Below are positions 19,241 through 28,931 of a stretch of 63,513 bases of DNA, one piece after another. Numbering within the stretch: the stretch's first letter is position 1; every line of letters begins with the position of its first letter. Under the pieces are notes generated by a model that saw nothing but the letters and a program-made list of their open reading frames with translations, was not told the DNA's origin and ran no database searches. The position numbers were made by a program, and so were the translations under genes. Source of the DNA: Thermoanaerobaculia bacterium (GTDB lineage: Bacteria > Acidobacteriota > Thermoanaerobaculia > UBA5066). Location of the stretch: the NCBI GenBank assembly GCA_038245905.1, contig JBBRRY010000023.1:1-63513 (forward strand). Reading direction: 5' to 3'.

Positions 19241-19647
19241 AGGTGGTCCTCGACACGAACGTTCTCGTGTCGGGTTTCCTTTCTCCCAAAGGACCGCCGG
19301 GCGATATTCTTCGCCTGCTCGAAACGGGATTTCTCGTTCCCTGTCTTTCGGATGCGATTCTGGCCGAGTATCGGGACGTCCTTTCACGGCCCCACTTCGG
19401 CATTTCTAAGGCCGCGGTCGACCTCCTTCTCGAAGACATGGAGACCGTCGGCCTTCGAGTCGTGACCGTTCCACTGCCGCAACGTCTCCCCGATTCCGAC
19501 GACGAGGCCTTTCTCGAGGTCACGATCGCGGCAAGAGCCGACTTTCTGGTGACCGGGAACCTGCGGGACTTCCCCGCGCCACTGCGCCAGGGCATCGCCG
19601 TCGTCTCGCCCAGGGAGTTCCTCGAGGCCCTGCGCCCCCGGTCCTGA
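19237..19647 (+). CDS. PIN domain (VapC-like) toxin
   Basis: KVVLDTNVLVS, ILAEY..VL.R, PDSDDEAFLE, ADFLVTGN.RDF. Confidence 0.92.
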   Translation: MKVVLDTNVLVSGFLSPKGPPGDILRLLETGFLVPCLSDAILAEYRDVLSRPHFGISKAAVDLLLEDMETVGLRVVTVPLPQRLPDSDDEAFLEVTIAARADFLVTGNLRDFPAPLRQGIAVVSPREFLEALRPRS

Positions 19648-19744
19648 TGCGTCTGCATCTCCGACTCAGCGCGCTGCAACCCACTATCATTTGACCGCTT
19701 TGCGGCGCCGGCCTCCGGCCCGAGCGCCCTTGGCCGGAGACACC

Positions 19745-22042
19745 ATGCAAACGCTCTTCTCGAAGCTCGCCTCGCTCAAGCTGACCGTCATCCTCATCCT
19801 GCTGATCGGCGTCGTCCTGTCGGCCGGCACGATCCTCGAATCCATGCGCGGGGCCGAGGCCGCCAAGGGCGTCTACGAGGCGTCGTGGTTCTACGCGCTC
19901 CTCGCGGTGTTCTCGGTCAACGTCGGCTGCGCCCTCATCGACCGCTGGCCGAAGACGCGCTGGCGGATCGGCTTCGCCATCACGCATCTCTCGATGCTCC
20001 TCATCCTCGCCGGCGCGCTCGTCACGGTCGTCGCGAAGGTCGAGGGCCAGATGCCGATCGAGGAGGGCCAGCAGTCGAACACGATCATCCAGGGCAAATC
20101 GGAGAAGGAGGCGAAGCCGCTCGTCCTCCCCTTCGCGATCCACCTCGACGCGTTCGAGCTGGACACCTACCCCGGCACGCAGATGCCCGCCCAGTACCGC
20201 AGCCGCGTCAGGGTGGTGGCCGGCGTCTCCGAACAGCCCGCGGTCATCGAGATGAACAAGCCGCTCTCGTACGGCGGCTTCCAGTTCTTCCAGAGCAGCT
20301 ACCACATCGAGAACGGGAAGAGGACCACGATCCTCTCCGTCTCGCGCGATCCGGGTCAGCCGGTCGTCTTCCTCGGCTACACGCTTCTCGTCGCCGGCAT
20401 GATCGTCGTCTTCGCGACGCGCCTGATCCAGTTCAGGCAGAGCACGGCAGCGAGCGCCCCCGTCCCTCTCACGATCGGCCTCCTCGCGGCCGTCTTCGCG
20501 CTCGCCGCACCGGCGCGCGCCATCGAGGTGCCGGAGACCGCGACCGTCGAGAAGCTGCGCGTCCTGCCTGTCCAGCACGACGGCCGGACGATGCCGTTTG
20601 ACACGCAGGCGCGGGAGGCGATCCGCGCCGTCACGGGCAGGTCCTCGTGGCCGGGCGTCGACCACGTCGCAATGGCCGCCGGCTGGGCGTTCGACCCGCA
20701 GGGCTGGCAGGACGAGCCTATCGTGAAGGTCGGCGGCAACGCGGTCGCACAGGCGGCCGGGCTTCCCGCCGGCACGCGCTACGCGAGCCTCGCGCAGCTG
20801 CTCTCTTCACCCGGACTCCGCCAGGCGAGTGCCGCCGCGCACGAATCCCAGCACGAGCACGAGGGCATGAAGCCCTCCGGTCTCGACAAGGACGTCCTCA
20901 GGCTCGAAGACCGCCTCGGGACGCTCATCGACTATTTCAAGGGCGAGGCGATCCATGCCGTGCCATCTCCAGAGGCGAAGGGCGCGTGGCGCCCCGCGAC
21001 CGGTGTGAGATCCGCTGTCGACCTCGCCTCGATTCCCGAGCGCGTGCGCGCTTCCGCGCCGCCGGCCCACTACCCCGATCAGAAGACGATGGCGCGCGAG
21101 ATCCTCTACAACCGGATGCGGCCCAGCCGGATCGCGTGGCTCCTGCTCCTGCCCGCCGCGATCCTCGCGGCCCTGACCGTCGGCGACCGCCGCGCGCGCC
21201 TCCGGCCGCTCGTCGCATTCTTCCTCGTCGGCGGCTTCGCCGCGATGACGTGGGGCATCGCCGTGCGCTGGCAGATCGCCGGCCGCGTCCCGGCCTCGAA
21301 CATGTACGAGTCGATGCTCTTCCTCGGCTGGGGCGTCGGCCTCTTCGGCGTCGTCGCGCTCGCGCTCCGGCAGCGCCTCCTCATCTCGAACGCCGCCGGC
21401 ATGGGCGCGCTCGCGATGATGCTCGTCGACCTCCTGCCGATGGACCCGTTCATCCACCCGATGATGCCGGTCCTCACCGGCACGCCGTGGCTCGCGATCC
21501 ACGTCCCGATCATCGTCGTGAGCTACTCGGTCCTCGCCATGGCGACTGGCCTCGCGCACCTCGTCGTCGGCGTCGAGATCTTCGCGCCCGCGCGCCGCGA
21601 CCTCGCCGCGCGCTGGAGCCAGCTCCTCTACTGGTACCTCCACGTCGGGTCGATCCTGCTCATCGCCGGCATCCTCACTGGCTCCATCTGGGCCGCGTCG
21701 TCGTGGGGACGCTACTGGGGCTGGGACCCGAAGGAAGTTTGGTCGCTCATCGCGTTCCTCGCGTACATGGCGATTCTGCATGCACGCTTCGACGAGCAGA
21801 TCCGGGAGTTCGGCGTCGCGATCTGCTCGATCGCCGCGTTCTGGACGATCCTCATGACGTACCTCGGCGTGAACTACGTTCTCGCCTCGGGCCTCCACTC
21901 CTACGGCTTCGGCAGCTCCAGCATGCTGCAGTCCATGGCGATCATCGCGGCCGTCGAGATCGCATTCCTCGGGCGGGCGTGGTTGGTGCGGAAGAACCGG
22001 GTGAAGCCGACTCCCTTCACGCTCCCCGTCGCAAGGACTTGA
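19745..22042 (+). CDS. ccsBA: fused system II cytochrome c biogenesis protein (ResB/CcsB-CcsA)
   Basis: ResB-like N-terminus (GTILE, THLSML, MNKPLSYGG..FFQSS, SRDPG) and CcsA C-terminus (WLAIHV, WGRYWGWDPKEVW, GVNYVL.SGLHSYG). Confidence 0.92.
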   Translation: MQTLFSKLASLKLTVILILLIGVVLSAGTILESMRGAEAAKGVYEASWFYALLAVFSVNVGCALIDRWPKTRWRIGFAITHLSMLLILAGALVTVVAKVEGQMPIEEGQQSNTIIQGKSEKEAKPLVLPFAIHLDAFELDTYPGTQMPAQYRSRVRVVAGVSEQPAVIEMNKPLSYGGFQFFQSSYHIENGKRTTILSVSRDPGQPVVFLGYTLLVAGMIVVFATRLIQFRQSTAASAPVPLTIGLLAAVFALAAPARAIEVPETATVEKLRVLPVQHDGRTMPFDTQAREAIRAVTGRSSWPGVDHVAMAAGWAFDPQGWQDEPIVKVGGNAVAQAAGLPAGTRYASLAQLLSSPGLRQASAAAHESQHEHEGMKPSGLDKDVLRLEDRLGTLIDYFKGEAIHAVPSPEAKGAWRPATGVRSAVDLASIPERVRASAPPAHYPDQKTMAREILYNRMRPSRIAWLLLLPAAILAALTVGDRRARLRPLVAFFLVGGFAAMTWGIAVRWQIAGRVPASNMYESMLFLGWGVGLFGVVALALRQRLLISNAAGMGALAMMLVDLLPMDPFIHPMMPVLTGTPWLAIHVPIIVVSYSVLAMATGLAHLVVGVEIFAPARRDLAARWSQLLYWYLHVGSILLIAGILTGSIWAASSWGRYWGWDPKEVWSLIAFLAYMAILHARFDEQIREFGVAICSIAAFWTILMTYLGVNYVLASGLHSYGFGSSSMLQSMAIIAAVEIAFLGRAWLVRKNRVKPTPFTLPVART

Positions 22043-22067
22043 GCAGGGACCGATACCTCGCGCCGCT

Positions 22068-22760
22068 CTAGAGCCTCTCCCAGAACTCCTCGTCTGCCTC
22101 GACGGACGCGAGGGCCTGCGGCTCGTCCGGAGAGCTCATCCCGCTGTCTCCAAGCGGCACGAAGCGCCGCCCGGACTGATCGAGGCCTTTCACACGGCCC
22201 GTCGCGATGTCGTAGACCCATCCGTGGAGCTCGAGCTCCCCCTTCTCGACGAGAGGGCGCACGAACGGAAACGTCAGCATGTTGCGGACCTGGGCGATGA
22301 CGTTCGTGTCCACGACTCTGTCGAGAAGCGTTTCGTCGTCCGCTCCGGGATTCGCCTCGACCGCCTCGCGGCGGGCCGTGTCGGCGTAAGAGACCCACTG
22401 CCGGACGGCAGGCATGCCGTCGAGCCTTTCGGGATGGAGCACGCCTTGCATCGCCCCGCAGTTCGAGTGGCCGCAGAGGATCAAGTCGCGGATCCCGAGC
22501 GCCACGATCGCGTATTCGAGCGACGCCGTCGTCCCGCCGTAGGCCGAGCCCGCGGGCGGCACGATGTTGCCGGCGTTTCGGATGATGAAGAGATCGCCCG
22601 GCTCGGCCTGCACGATGAGGTTCGGGACGACGCGCGAGTCCGAGCAGGCGATGAAGACGGCCTGCGGCGTCTGGTTCTTCGCGAGTCGCTCGAAGAGCTC
22701 TTTGTGCTTCGGGTATGCGAGGCTCTGAAAGAGCGAGAGCCCTTCGAGGACCTTCTTCAC
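22068..22760 (-). CDS. beta-class carbonic anhydrase
   Basis: ACSDSRV, GDLFIIRNAGN, CGHSNCGAM, HGWVYDIATG. Confidence 0.96.
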   Translation of the reverse strand: MKKVLEGLSLFQSLAYPKHKELFERLAKNQTPQAVFIACSDSRVVPNLIVQAEPGDLFIIRNAGNIVPPAGSAYGGTTASLEYAIVALGIRDLILCGHSNCGAMQGVLHPERLDGMPAVRQWVSYADTARREAVEANPGADDETLLDRVVDTNVIAQVRNMLTFPFVRPLVEKGELELHGWVYDIATGRVKGLDQSGRRFVPLGDSGMSSPDEPQALASVEADEEFWERL

Positions 22761-22827
22761 GAGACCGCCCTCATCCCCGTGTCATAACACGATTACGAGG
22801 TACACGAAGTCGAGGCGGAACTGCTCT

Positions 22828-24219
22828 TCAGGGCTTCCCGTCGAACAGCGCCCAGACGACCGTGGCACGCACCTGCCCGCTCGTCCGGATCTGCGTCTCC
22901 GTCGGGAAAACGTTGCGGTGCCGCTGGTATGTGACCTCCGCCGAGAGGGAGAAGGCCTTCGACAGCGGTATGCGGCCGGCGGCCTGCAGGATTGTGACCT
23001 CGTTCCACTGCGTCGGGCCGTTTACCGTATAGAGGAACACCTCGTCGAGGGCGAGACGCAGGACATCCCGCTTGCCGAACCGCAGCCGGGCGCCGGCGCG
23101 CAGGCCGCCGCCGATCCCGTAGTCGTAGTTGCGATATGTCGCCACGACAGAGTCTTCCGACGTGTGGACCTCGCCGAACGACGCGAGCGCCTCGGCCCGA
23201 GGGAGGACGTCCCACCGGCCGCCGAGCGGAATCCGCGACCACACGCCGAACCCGAGGGCCTGCTGGCCGAACGCGAGGTCGACGTCGAGGTAATCGAAGA
23301 CGAGCGAGGCTCCGACGACCGTTCGCTCCGGGCCCGCTCCGTCGAGCCTCCGTCCGGCAAGGAGCCCTTCGGTCTGGACGCGTGAGACGAACTGCTTGCC
23401 GTTCGTGAACTCGGCGCCGAGCCAGAACGTCGAGAACGGCTTCCCGAGGTCCCTCTCGAAGGGATCCCCGTAGCGAAGCTCCATCTCGACCGTTGCGCGG
23501 TCGTGGACGCGGGTCTCGTCCGTGTGTCTCTGCGACTCGACGTGGATCCAGCCCCCGGACAGGTCGAAGGCCAATACCTCGGGGCGATTCGTTTCGGGGT
23601 TCGGCGCGACGCGCCACGCGTCGCCGGAGAGCAGCCGCTGGAACACGCGGCCCGGCGACACGGCGATCCCCAGTACCTCACGGAGAAAGCGCCTGAATCC
23701 TGTTTCGGCGTTGTCGAAGACGAGGTCTGACAGGCGGTAAGAGACCTCTCCCGAGCTGATTCCTCCGAGGGTCGTCGTGATCAGGTCGTTCGTAGAGGGG
23801 CGGGTCGTCTCGCCGAAGTATTCCCATGTGAGGCTGCCATAGGCCGTGAAGAGCGCGGACTGCCAGAGGTTCCATCCGTTGCTTCGCGCGGCGCCGTAAT
23901 AGAGACCTCCTTGCTGCGGATGCGAGAGCTGGTTCGTCGTGAACTTGTCCGGGTCGTAGGCGAACCCGCGGCTGAGGTTGTCCTTCCAGCTGTCGAGCGT
24001 GACGCACTCTTTGTCGCGCACCCAGCAGTTCCAGCGGTTCGGGATCACGTTGAAGGCGGTGACCTCGAGAAACGCGGGCCAGAACTTCCTCTCGGGGGCC
24101 GGGACGGCGAGCTTCAGCTGGGGCGGTGCGGGCGGTTCCTCGGCGTCCGTCTCCGGGACCGGGACGGCGGCCGCGACGGAAGACGCGAGGAGAATCGCAA
24201 CCGTGATCCGACCCTTCAT
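22828..24219 (-). CDS. DUF3943-domain putative outer-membrane protein
   Basis: Signal peptide; D.FTTNQLSHP.QG..YY.AAR.NG, GSLTWEYFGE...PS.NDLI.TT.GG...GE; C-terminal amphipathic beta strands. Confidence 0.85.
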   Translation of the reverse strand: MKGRITVAILLASSVAAAVPVPETDAEEPPAPPQLKLAVPAPERKFWPAFLEVTAFNVIPNRWNCWVRDKECVTLDSWKDNLSRGFAYDPDKFTTNQLSHPQQGGLYYGAARSNGWNLWQSALFTAYGSLTWEYFGETTRPSTNDLITTTLGGISSGEVSYRLSDLVFDNAETGFRRFLREVLGIAVSPGRVFQRLLSGDAWRVAPNPETNRPEVLAFDLSGGWIHVESQRHTDETRVHDRATVEMELRYGDPFERDLGKPFSTFWLGAEFTNGKQFVSRVQTEGLLAGRRLDGAGPERTVVGASLVFDYLDVDLAFGQQALGFGVWSRIPLGGRWDVLPRAEALASFGEVHTSEDSVVATYRNYDYGIGGGLRAGARLRFGKRDVLRLALDEVFLYTVNGPTQWNEVTILQAAGRIPLSKAFSLSAEVTYQRHRNVFPTETQIRTSGQVRATVVWALFDGKP

Positions 24220-24300
24220 GGGCGTCGGAGGATACAGGCTCGACTTCGGGCGCCAAAGAGACCTATTCTGGCGGGCACAATCACATCAGGAGGCCAGAAG

Positions 24301-25452
24301 ATGCGCGTTTCCCGTATTGTCGTCGGCGCCGCAGCCCTCGTTCTCGCGACGAGCGCTTTCGCAGCCGACCCGATCAAGATCGGCGTATACGGACCCTTCT
24401 CGGGCGGCTCTTCGCCCATGGGTCTGTCCATGCGCAACGGCGTGCGGCAAGCCGCGGACGAGATCAACGCCAGGGGCGGCGTCCTCGGCCGCAAGATCGA
24501 GCTCGTCGAGCGCGACGACCAGGCCGTTAACGAGCGCGGCGCGCAGGTCATGCAGGACCTCGTCTCGAACGAGAAGGTCGCGGCGGTCCTCGGCCCGATC
24601 AACACGGGCGTCGCCCTCGCCTCTTACAAGTACCCGATGGAGGCGAAGGTCCCGCTCCTCATCAACGTCTCGGCGGGCGCGCCCGTCAACGAGCTCTTCA
24701 AGGACTTCCCGGACAACTACGTGTTCCGGATAGCGGCCGGCGACCCCATCCAGGCCGAGATGATCGTCTCGGAGGGCGTCGACAAGCGGAAGTTCAAGAA
24801 GGTCGCGCTCCTGTGCGATGACACGAACTACGGGCAGAACGGCCGCCAGAAGATGGAGGACGCCCTCGCGACGCGGAAGATGACGGCCGTCTACGTCGGA
24901 AAGTTCAAGATCAAGGACACCGACATGACGCCGCAGCTCCAGGAAGCGCGCAAGGCCGGGGCCGAGGCGCTCCTTTGCTACGGGATCGGCCCGGAGCTCG
25001 CGCAGGTCGCGAACGGGATGCAGAAGCTAGGCTGGAAGGTTCCGATGATCGGAAGCTGGACGCTCTCGATGTCGAACTACATCGACGCGGCCGGCCCGAA
25101 CGGCGACGGCGCGACGATGCCGCAGACGTTCATCCAGAAGGGCGCTTCCTCGCCGAAGGCCAAGCAGTTCATCGCGGACTACCAGAAGAAGTTCTCGGTC
25201 GAGCGGATCCCGTCCGCCGTCTCGGCCGCGCAGGGCTACGACTCGATGTACCTCCTCGCGCAGGCGATCGAGCAGGCCGGCGGAACGGAAGGCCCGAAGA
25301 TCAAGGCCGCTCTCGAGGACTTCAAGAAGCCGTTCGCGGGCGTTATCGCGACGTGGGCGAAGCCCTTCTCGAAGACCGACCATGAGGCGATTCATCGCGA
25401 TCACGTCCTCATGGGCGTCGTCGGCGCCGGCGAGGTCCAGCCTCCGAAGTAG
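24301..25452 (+). CDS. livK: branched-chain amino acid ABC transporter substrate-binding protein
   Basis: Signal peptide; PIKIGVYGPFSG, EINARGGVLGRKIELVERDD, AQGYDS; AGGAGG RBS. Confidence 0.9.
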   Translation: MRVSRIVVGAAALVLATSAFAADPIKIGVYGPFSGGSSPMGLSMRNGVRQAADEINARGGVLGRKIELVERDDQAVNERGAQVMQDLVSNEKVAAVLGPINTGVALASYKYPMEAKVPLLINVSAGAPVNELFKDFPDNYVFRIAAGDPIQAEMIVSEGVDKRKFKKVALLCDDTNYGQNGRQKMEDALATRKMTAVYVGKFKIKDTDMTPQLQEARKAGAEALLCYGIGPELAQVANGMQKLGWKVPMIGSWTLSMSNYIDAAGPNGDGATMPQTFIQKGASSPKAKQFIADYQKKFSVERIPSAVSAAQGYDSMYLLAQAIEQAGGTEGPKIKAALEDFKKPFAGVIATWAKPFSKTDHEAIHRDHVLMGVVGAGEVQPPK

Positions 25453-25489
25453 CGTCGCGGACGGGACACGGGGAGCGCGACAGCGCCCG

Positions 25490-26368
25490 ATGACGGACTT
25501 TCTGCAGCTGATCCTGAGCGGCGTCGCCGTCGGCATGATCTACGCGCTCCTCGCGTTCGGCTACAACATCACGTTCTCGACCTCGCGGACGATCAACTTC
25601 GCGCAGGGCGAGTTCCTCATGCTCGGGGCGCTCACGGGCCTCACGGCCGCCACGACGTGGAAGCTCGGCTACGCGGGCGCGCTCGCGGCCTCCTGCGTCG
25701 TCGGCGGCCTCCTCGGGATCGTCCTCGAGTGGACGGCGATCCGCCCCGCCCTCAAGACGCGCTCGGCCGTAAGCTGGATCCTTGCGACGGTGGCGCTGGG
25801 GATCATCGCGCGCAACGTCGCCGAGCGGATCTGGGGGACGGACGACACGCGCTTCCCCTCGCCGCTCGGCGACGCCCCGCTCACGTTCGCCGGCGTCCGC
25901 GCGCTCCCGCAGGAGCTCCTCGTGATCGCGGCGGCGGCCCTCATCATGGCGCTCGTCGAGCTCTTCCGCCGCAAGTCGATCTGGGGCAAGGCGGCGACGG
26001 CCGTCGCCGCGGACAAGGACGCGGCGGCGCTCATGGGGATCAACGTCCCCCTCGTGATCACGCTGTCCTTCGTCCTCTCCTCGGCGATCGCGGGCGTCTC
26101 GGGCGTCCTCGTCGCGCCGCTCACGCTCGCGAGCGCCACGATGGGGACGCTCCTCGGTACGAAGGCCTACGCCGTCGCAATCGTGGGCGGCCTGCAGTCC
26201 GGTCTCGGCGTCTTCGTGGGCGGCCTCCTCCTCGGTCTCTCGGAGCAGTTCACGGCGCGCTACATCTCGACGGGCTACAAGGACACACCGGGCTTCGTCC
26301 TCCTCATTCTCATCCTCCTGATCAAGCCATCGGGCCTGTTCGGGAAGAAGACGATCAAGAAGGTCTGA
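25490..26368 (+). CDS. livH: branched-chain amino acid ABC transporter permease
   Basis: G.IYALLA.G.NITF...INFAQGEF, AALMGIN, KPSGLFG. Confidence 0.92.
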   Translation: MTDFLQLILSGVAVGMIYALLAFGYNITFSTSRTINFAQGEFLMLGALTGLTAATTWKLGYAGALAASCVVGGLLGIVLEWTAIRPALKTRSAVSWILATVALGIIARNVAERIWGTDDTRFPSPLGDAPLTFAGVRALPQELLVIAAAALIMALVELFRRKSIWGKAATAVAADKDAAALMGINVPLVITLSFVLSSAIAGVSGVLVAPLTLASATMGTLLGTKAYAVAIVGGLQSGLGVFVGGLLLGLSEQFTARYISTGYKDTPGFVLLILILLIKPSGLFGKKTIKKV

Positions 26369-26372
26369 CGAG

Positions 26373-28184
26373 GTGTCAAAACCCACGCGGATCCTCGCCC
26401 TCGCCGCCGCCCTCGCATTCCTGTTCGTCCCATTCGTGACGAAAAACCCGTATTACGTCCACAGCGTCGCATGCAAGGTCTGCATCTACGTGATCCTCGT
26501 CGCGGGTCTCGACCTCGTCGTCGGCTACTCGGGCGACGTCTCGGTCGGGCACGCCGGGCTCTTCGCGGCGGGCGCGTACACGGCCGCGATCCTCGTCACG
26601 AAGGCGCACTGGCCCTTCCTCCCGGCGGCCCTCTCGGGGATCGCAATGGGCGCTCTCTTCGGTCTCCTCCTCGGCGTCCCGGCGCTGCGTCTCTCGGGGC
26701 CATATCTCGCCGTGTCGACGATCGCGTTCGGCCTCATCGTCCAAACGGTCGTGAACGAGGCCGAGTCCCTCACGGAGGGATCGCTCGGCATCCAGAACAT
26801 CCCGAAGCTGACGTTCGGGCGGTTCAACTTCGAGAACAACAACCTCTACTTCCTCGTCTACCCGCTCATGCTCCTGTCTCTCCTCGCCGTCCACCGCGTC
26901 GCGTCGAGCTACTGGGGGCGCGCGTTCGAGGCGCTCAAGGAGAGCTCGATCGCCGCGGAGTGCTCCGGGATAAGCCGCTATCGCTACAAGCTGTCCGTCT
27001 TCGTCCTCTCGGCGGCGCTCGCGGGCCTCGCGGGAGCCCTCTTCATCCACATCGACAAGTACGTCGGCCCGACGACGTTCTCGCTCCAGCTCTCCATCCT
27101 CTTCCTGATCGCCCTCATCTTCGGCGGCACGCGCTCCCTCCTCGGGAACGTCCTCGGCTGTCTCGTCGTCGTCGTCCTGCCGGACGTCTTCAACCGCTTC
27201 GCCGACTACCAGCTGATGGCGTTCGGAGGGCTTCTCCTCTTCACGCTCTACTTCCTGCCGGGCGGCCTCGCGGGCCTCATCAAGCACGTTTTCTCCTTCG
27301 GGAAGAAGGGCGCGCCGGCCGCGGCCGACGGCGCGGCGGTGACCCCCGCCGAGGGCACGGGCATCGTCATGCGCGCCGAGGACGCGACGCCCGCGGGGGG
27401 AGAGGTGCTCCTCCACGCGGAGCGGCTCACGATTGCGTTCGGCGGCCTCGTCGCCGTGGACGAACTCGACCTGTCGATCCGCCGCGGCACCGTCCACGCC
27501 CTGATCGGGCCGAACGGCTCGGGCAAGTCGACGACCGTGAACCTCCTCTCCGGCGTCTACCGCCCGACGGGCGGCGGCATCGCGTTCGCCGGGAAGACGC
27601 TCGAGAGGGCGACACCCTTTGCCGTCTCGAAGGCGGGGATCGCGCGCACATTCCAGAACGTCGCGCTCTTCGGGGACATGACGGTCCTCGAAAACGTCCT
27701 CGTCGGGCTCCACCACACGTTCCACGGCGGCCTCGGGCACGTTCTCCTCCGGACCCCGCGTGCCGTGCGCGAGGAGAAGGAGGCGCGCGCGCGGGCACTG
27801 CAGCTCCTCGAATTCGTCGGAATCGCGGATCTCGCCGGGGAGCGCGCCCGGAACCTCCCCTACGGCAAGCAGCGCCTCCTCGAGATCGCGCGCGCTCTCG
27901 CGCAAGACCCGCGCCTCATCCTCCTCGACGAGCCGGCGGCCGGCCTCACCTCAGGCGAGATCGCGGCCGTCGACGCGCTCATCGTCAAGCTCAAGGCGCG
28001 CGGCCTCTCTGTCTTTCTCATCGAGCACCACATGGACCTCGTGATGTCCGTCTCGGACGTCATCACCGTCCTCGACTTCGGCGAGAAAATCGCCGAGGGC
28101 AGTCCCGCCGAGATCCAGAAGGACCCGCAAGTGATCGCCGCCTACCTCGGCACCAGCGCCGCCCCGGAGACCGCCGATGCTTGA
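26373..28184 (+). CDS. livM: branched-chain amino acid ABC transporter permease/ATPase fusion (LivM-LivG)
   Basis: N-terminal permease (GYSG.VSVGHAG, LRLSGPYLAV.T) fused to an ATPase (GPNGSGKST, LPYGKQR, LLDEPAAG, EHHMD). Confidence 0.92.
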   Translation: MSKPTRILALAAALAFLFVPFVTKNPYYVHSVACKVCIYVILVAGLDLVVGYSGDVSVGHAGLFAAGAYTAAILVTKAHWPFLPAALSGIAMGALFGLLLGVPALRLSGPYLAVSTIAFGLIVQTVVNEAESLTEGSLGIQNIPKLTFGRFNFENNNLYFLVYPLMLLSLLAVHRVASSYWGRAFEALKESSIAAECSGISRYRYKLSVFVLSAALAGLAGALFIHIDKYVGPTTFSLQLSILFLIALIFGGTRSLLGNVLGCLVVVVLPDVFNRFADYQLMAFGGLLLFTLYFLPGGLAGLIKHVFSFGKKGAPAAADGAAVTPAEGTGIVMRAEDATPAGGEVLLHAERLTIAFGGLVAVDELDLSIRRGTVHALIGPNGSGKSTTVNLLSGVYRPTGGGIAFAGKTLERATPFAVSKAGIARTFQNVALFGDMTVLENVLVGLHHTFHGGLGHVLLRTPRAVREEKEARARALQLLEFVGIADLAGERARNLPYGKQRLLEIARALAQDPRLILLDEPAAGLTSGEIAAVDALIVKLKARGLSVFLIEHHMDLVMSVSDVITVLDFGEKIAEGSPAEIQKDPQVIAAYLGTSAAPETADA

Positions 28185-28905
28185 GGTGAAGGACCTCGTC
28201 GTGCGTTACGGGCCGCTCGAGGCGCTGCACGGGGTGTCGCTCTCCGTCCCGGACGGGAAGCTCGTCGCCGTGATCGGCTCGAACGGCGCCGGCAAGACCA
28301 CGATGCTCCGGACGATCTCGGGCCTCCTGAGGCCCGCGTCCGGCTCCGTCACGCTCGAAGGCCGGCCGCTCGCGGACGAGAAGCCGCACACGATCGCGCG
28401 CCTCGGCGTCGCGCACGTTCCCGAGAACCGGCGCGTCTTCCCGGACCAGAGCGTCGACGACAACCTTCTCCTCGGCGCGTTCCCGCACCTTTCAAAGTCG
28501 CCGAAGAGCGAGGTCCAGCGCCTCCTCGACGACGTCTTTGCGTCCTTTCCGCGTCTCGCCGAACGGCGGACGCAGCTCGCCGGGACGCTCTCGGGCGGCG
28601 AGCAGCAAATGCTCGCCATTGGGCGCGCCCTCATGTCGAAGCCGCGCGTCGTCCTCCTCGACGAGCCCTCGATGGGCCTCGCGCCCCTCCTGATCGACGA
28701 GGTCTTCCGGATCCTCTCGATCCTCAAGGCGCGCGGGATCACGATGCTCCTCGTCGAGCAGCTCGCGTACCGCGCTCTTGCCGTGGCGGACACGGCCTAC
28801 GTCATCGAGCACGGCCGCATCCAGCTCTCCGGCCCCGCTGCCGACCTCGTGAAGGACCCGCGCGTGCGCGCGGCGTACCTCGGCGAGGCCGCCGGCAAGG
28901 CCTGA
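28177..28905 (+). CDS. livF: branched-chain amino acid ABC transporter ATPase
   Basis: GSNGAGKTT, LSGGEQQMLAIGRALM, LLDEPSMGLAP, LLVEQ. Confidence 0.95.
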   Translation: MLEVKDLVVRYGPLEALHGVSLSVPDGKLVAVIGSNGAGKTTMLRTISGLLRPASGSVTLEGRPLADEKPHTIARLGVAHVPENRRVFPDQSVDDNLLLGAFPHLSKSPKSEVQRLLDDVFASFPRLAERRTQLAGTLSGGEQQMLAIGRALMSKPRVVLLDEPSMGLAPLLIDEVFRILSILKARGITMLLVEQLAYRALAVADTAYVIEHGRIQLSGPAADLVKDPRVRAAYLGEAAGKA

Positions 28906-28931
28906 CGCTGGCGTGAGCGGGCCTCTGCCGA

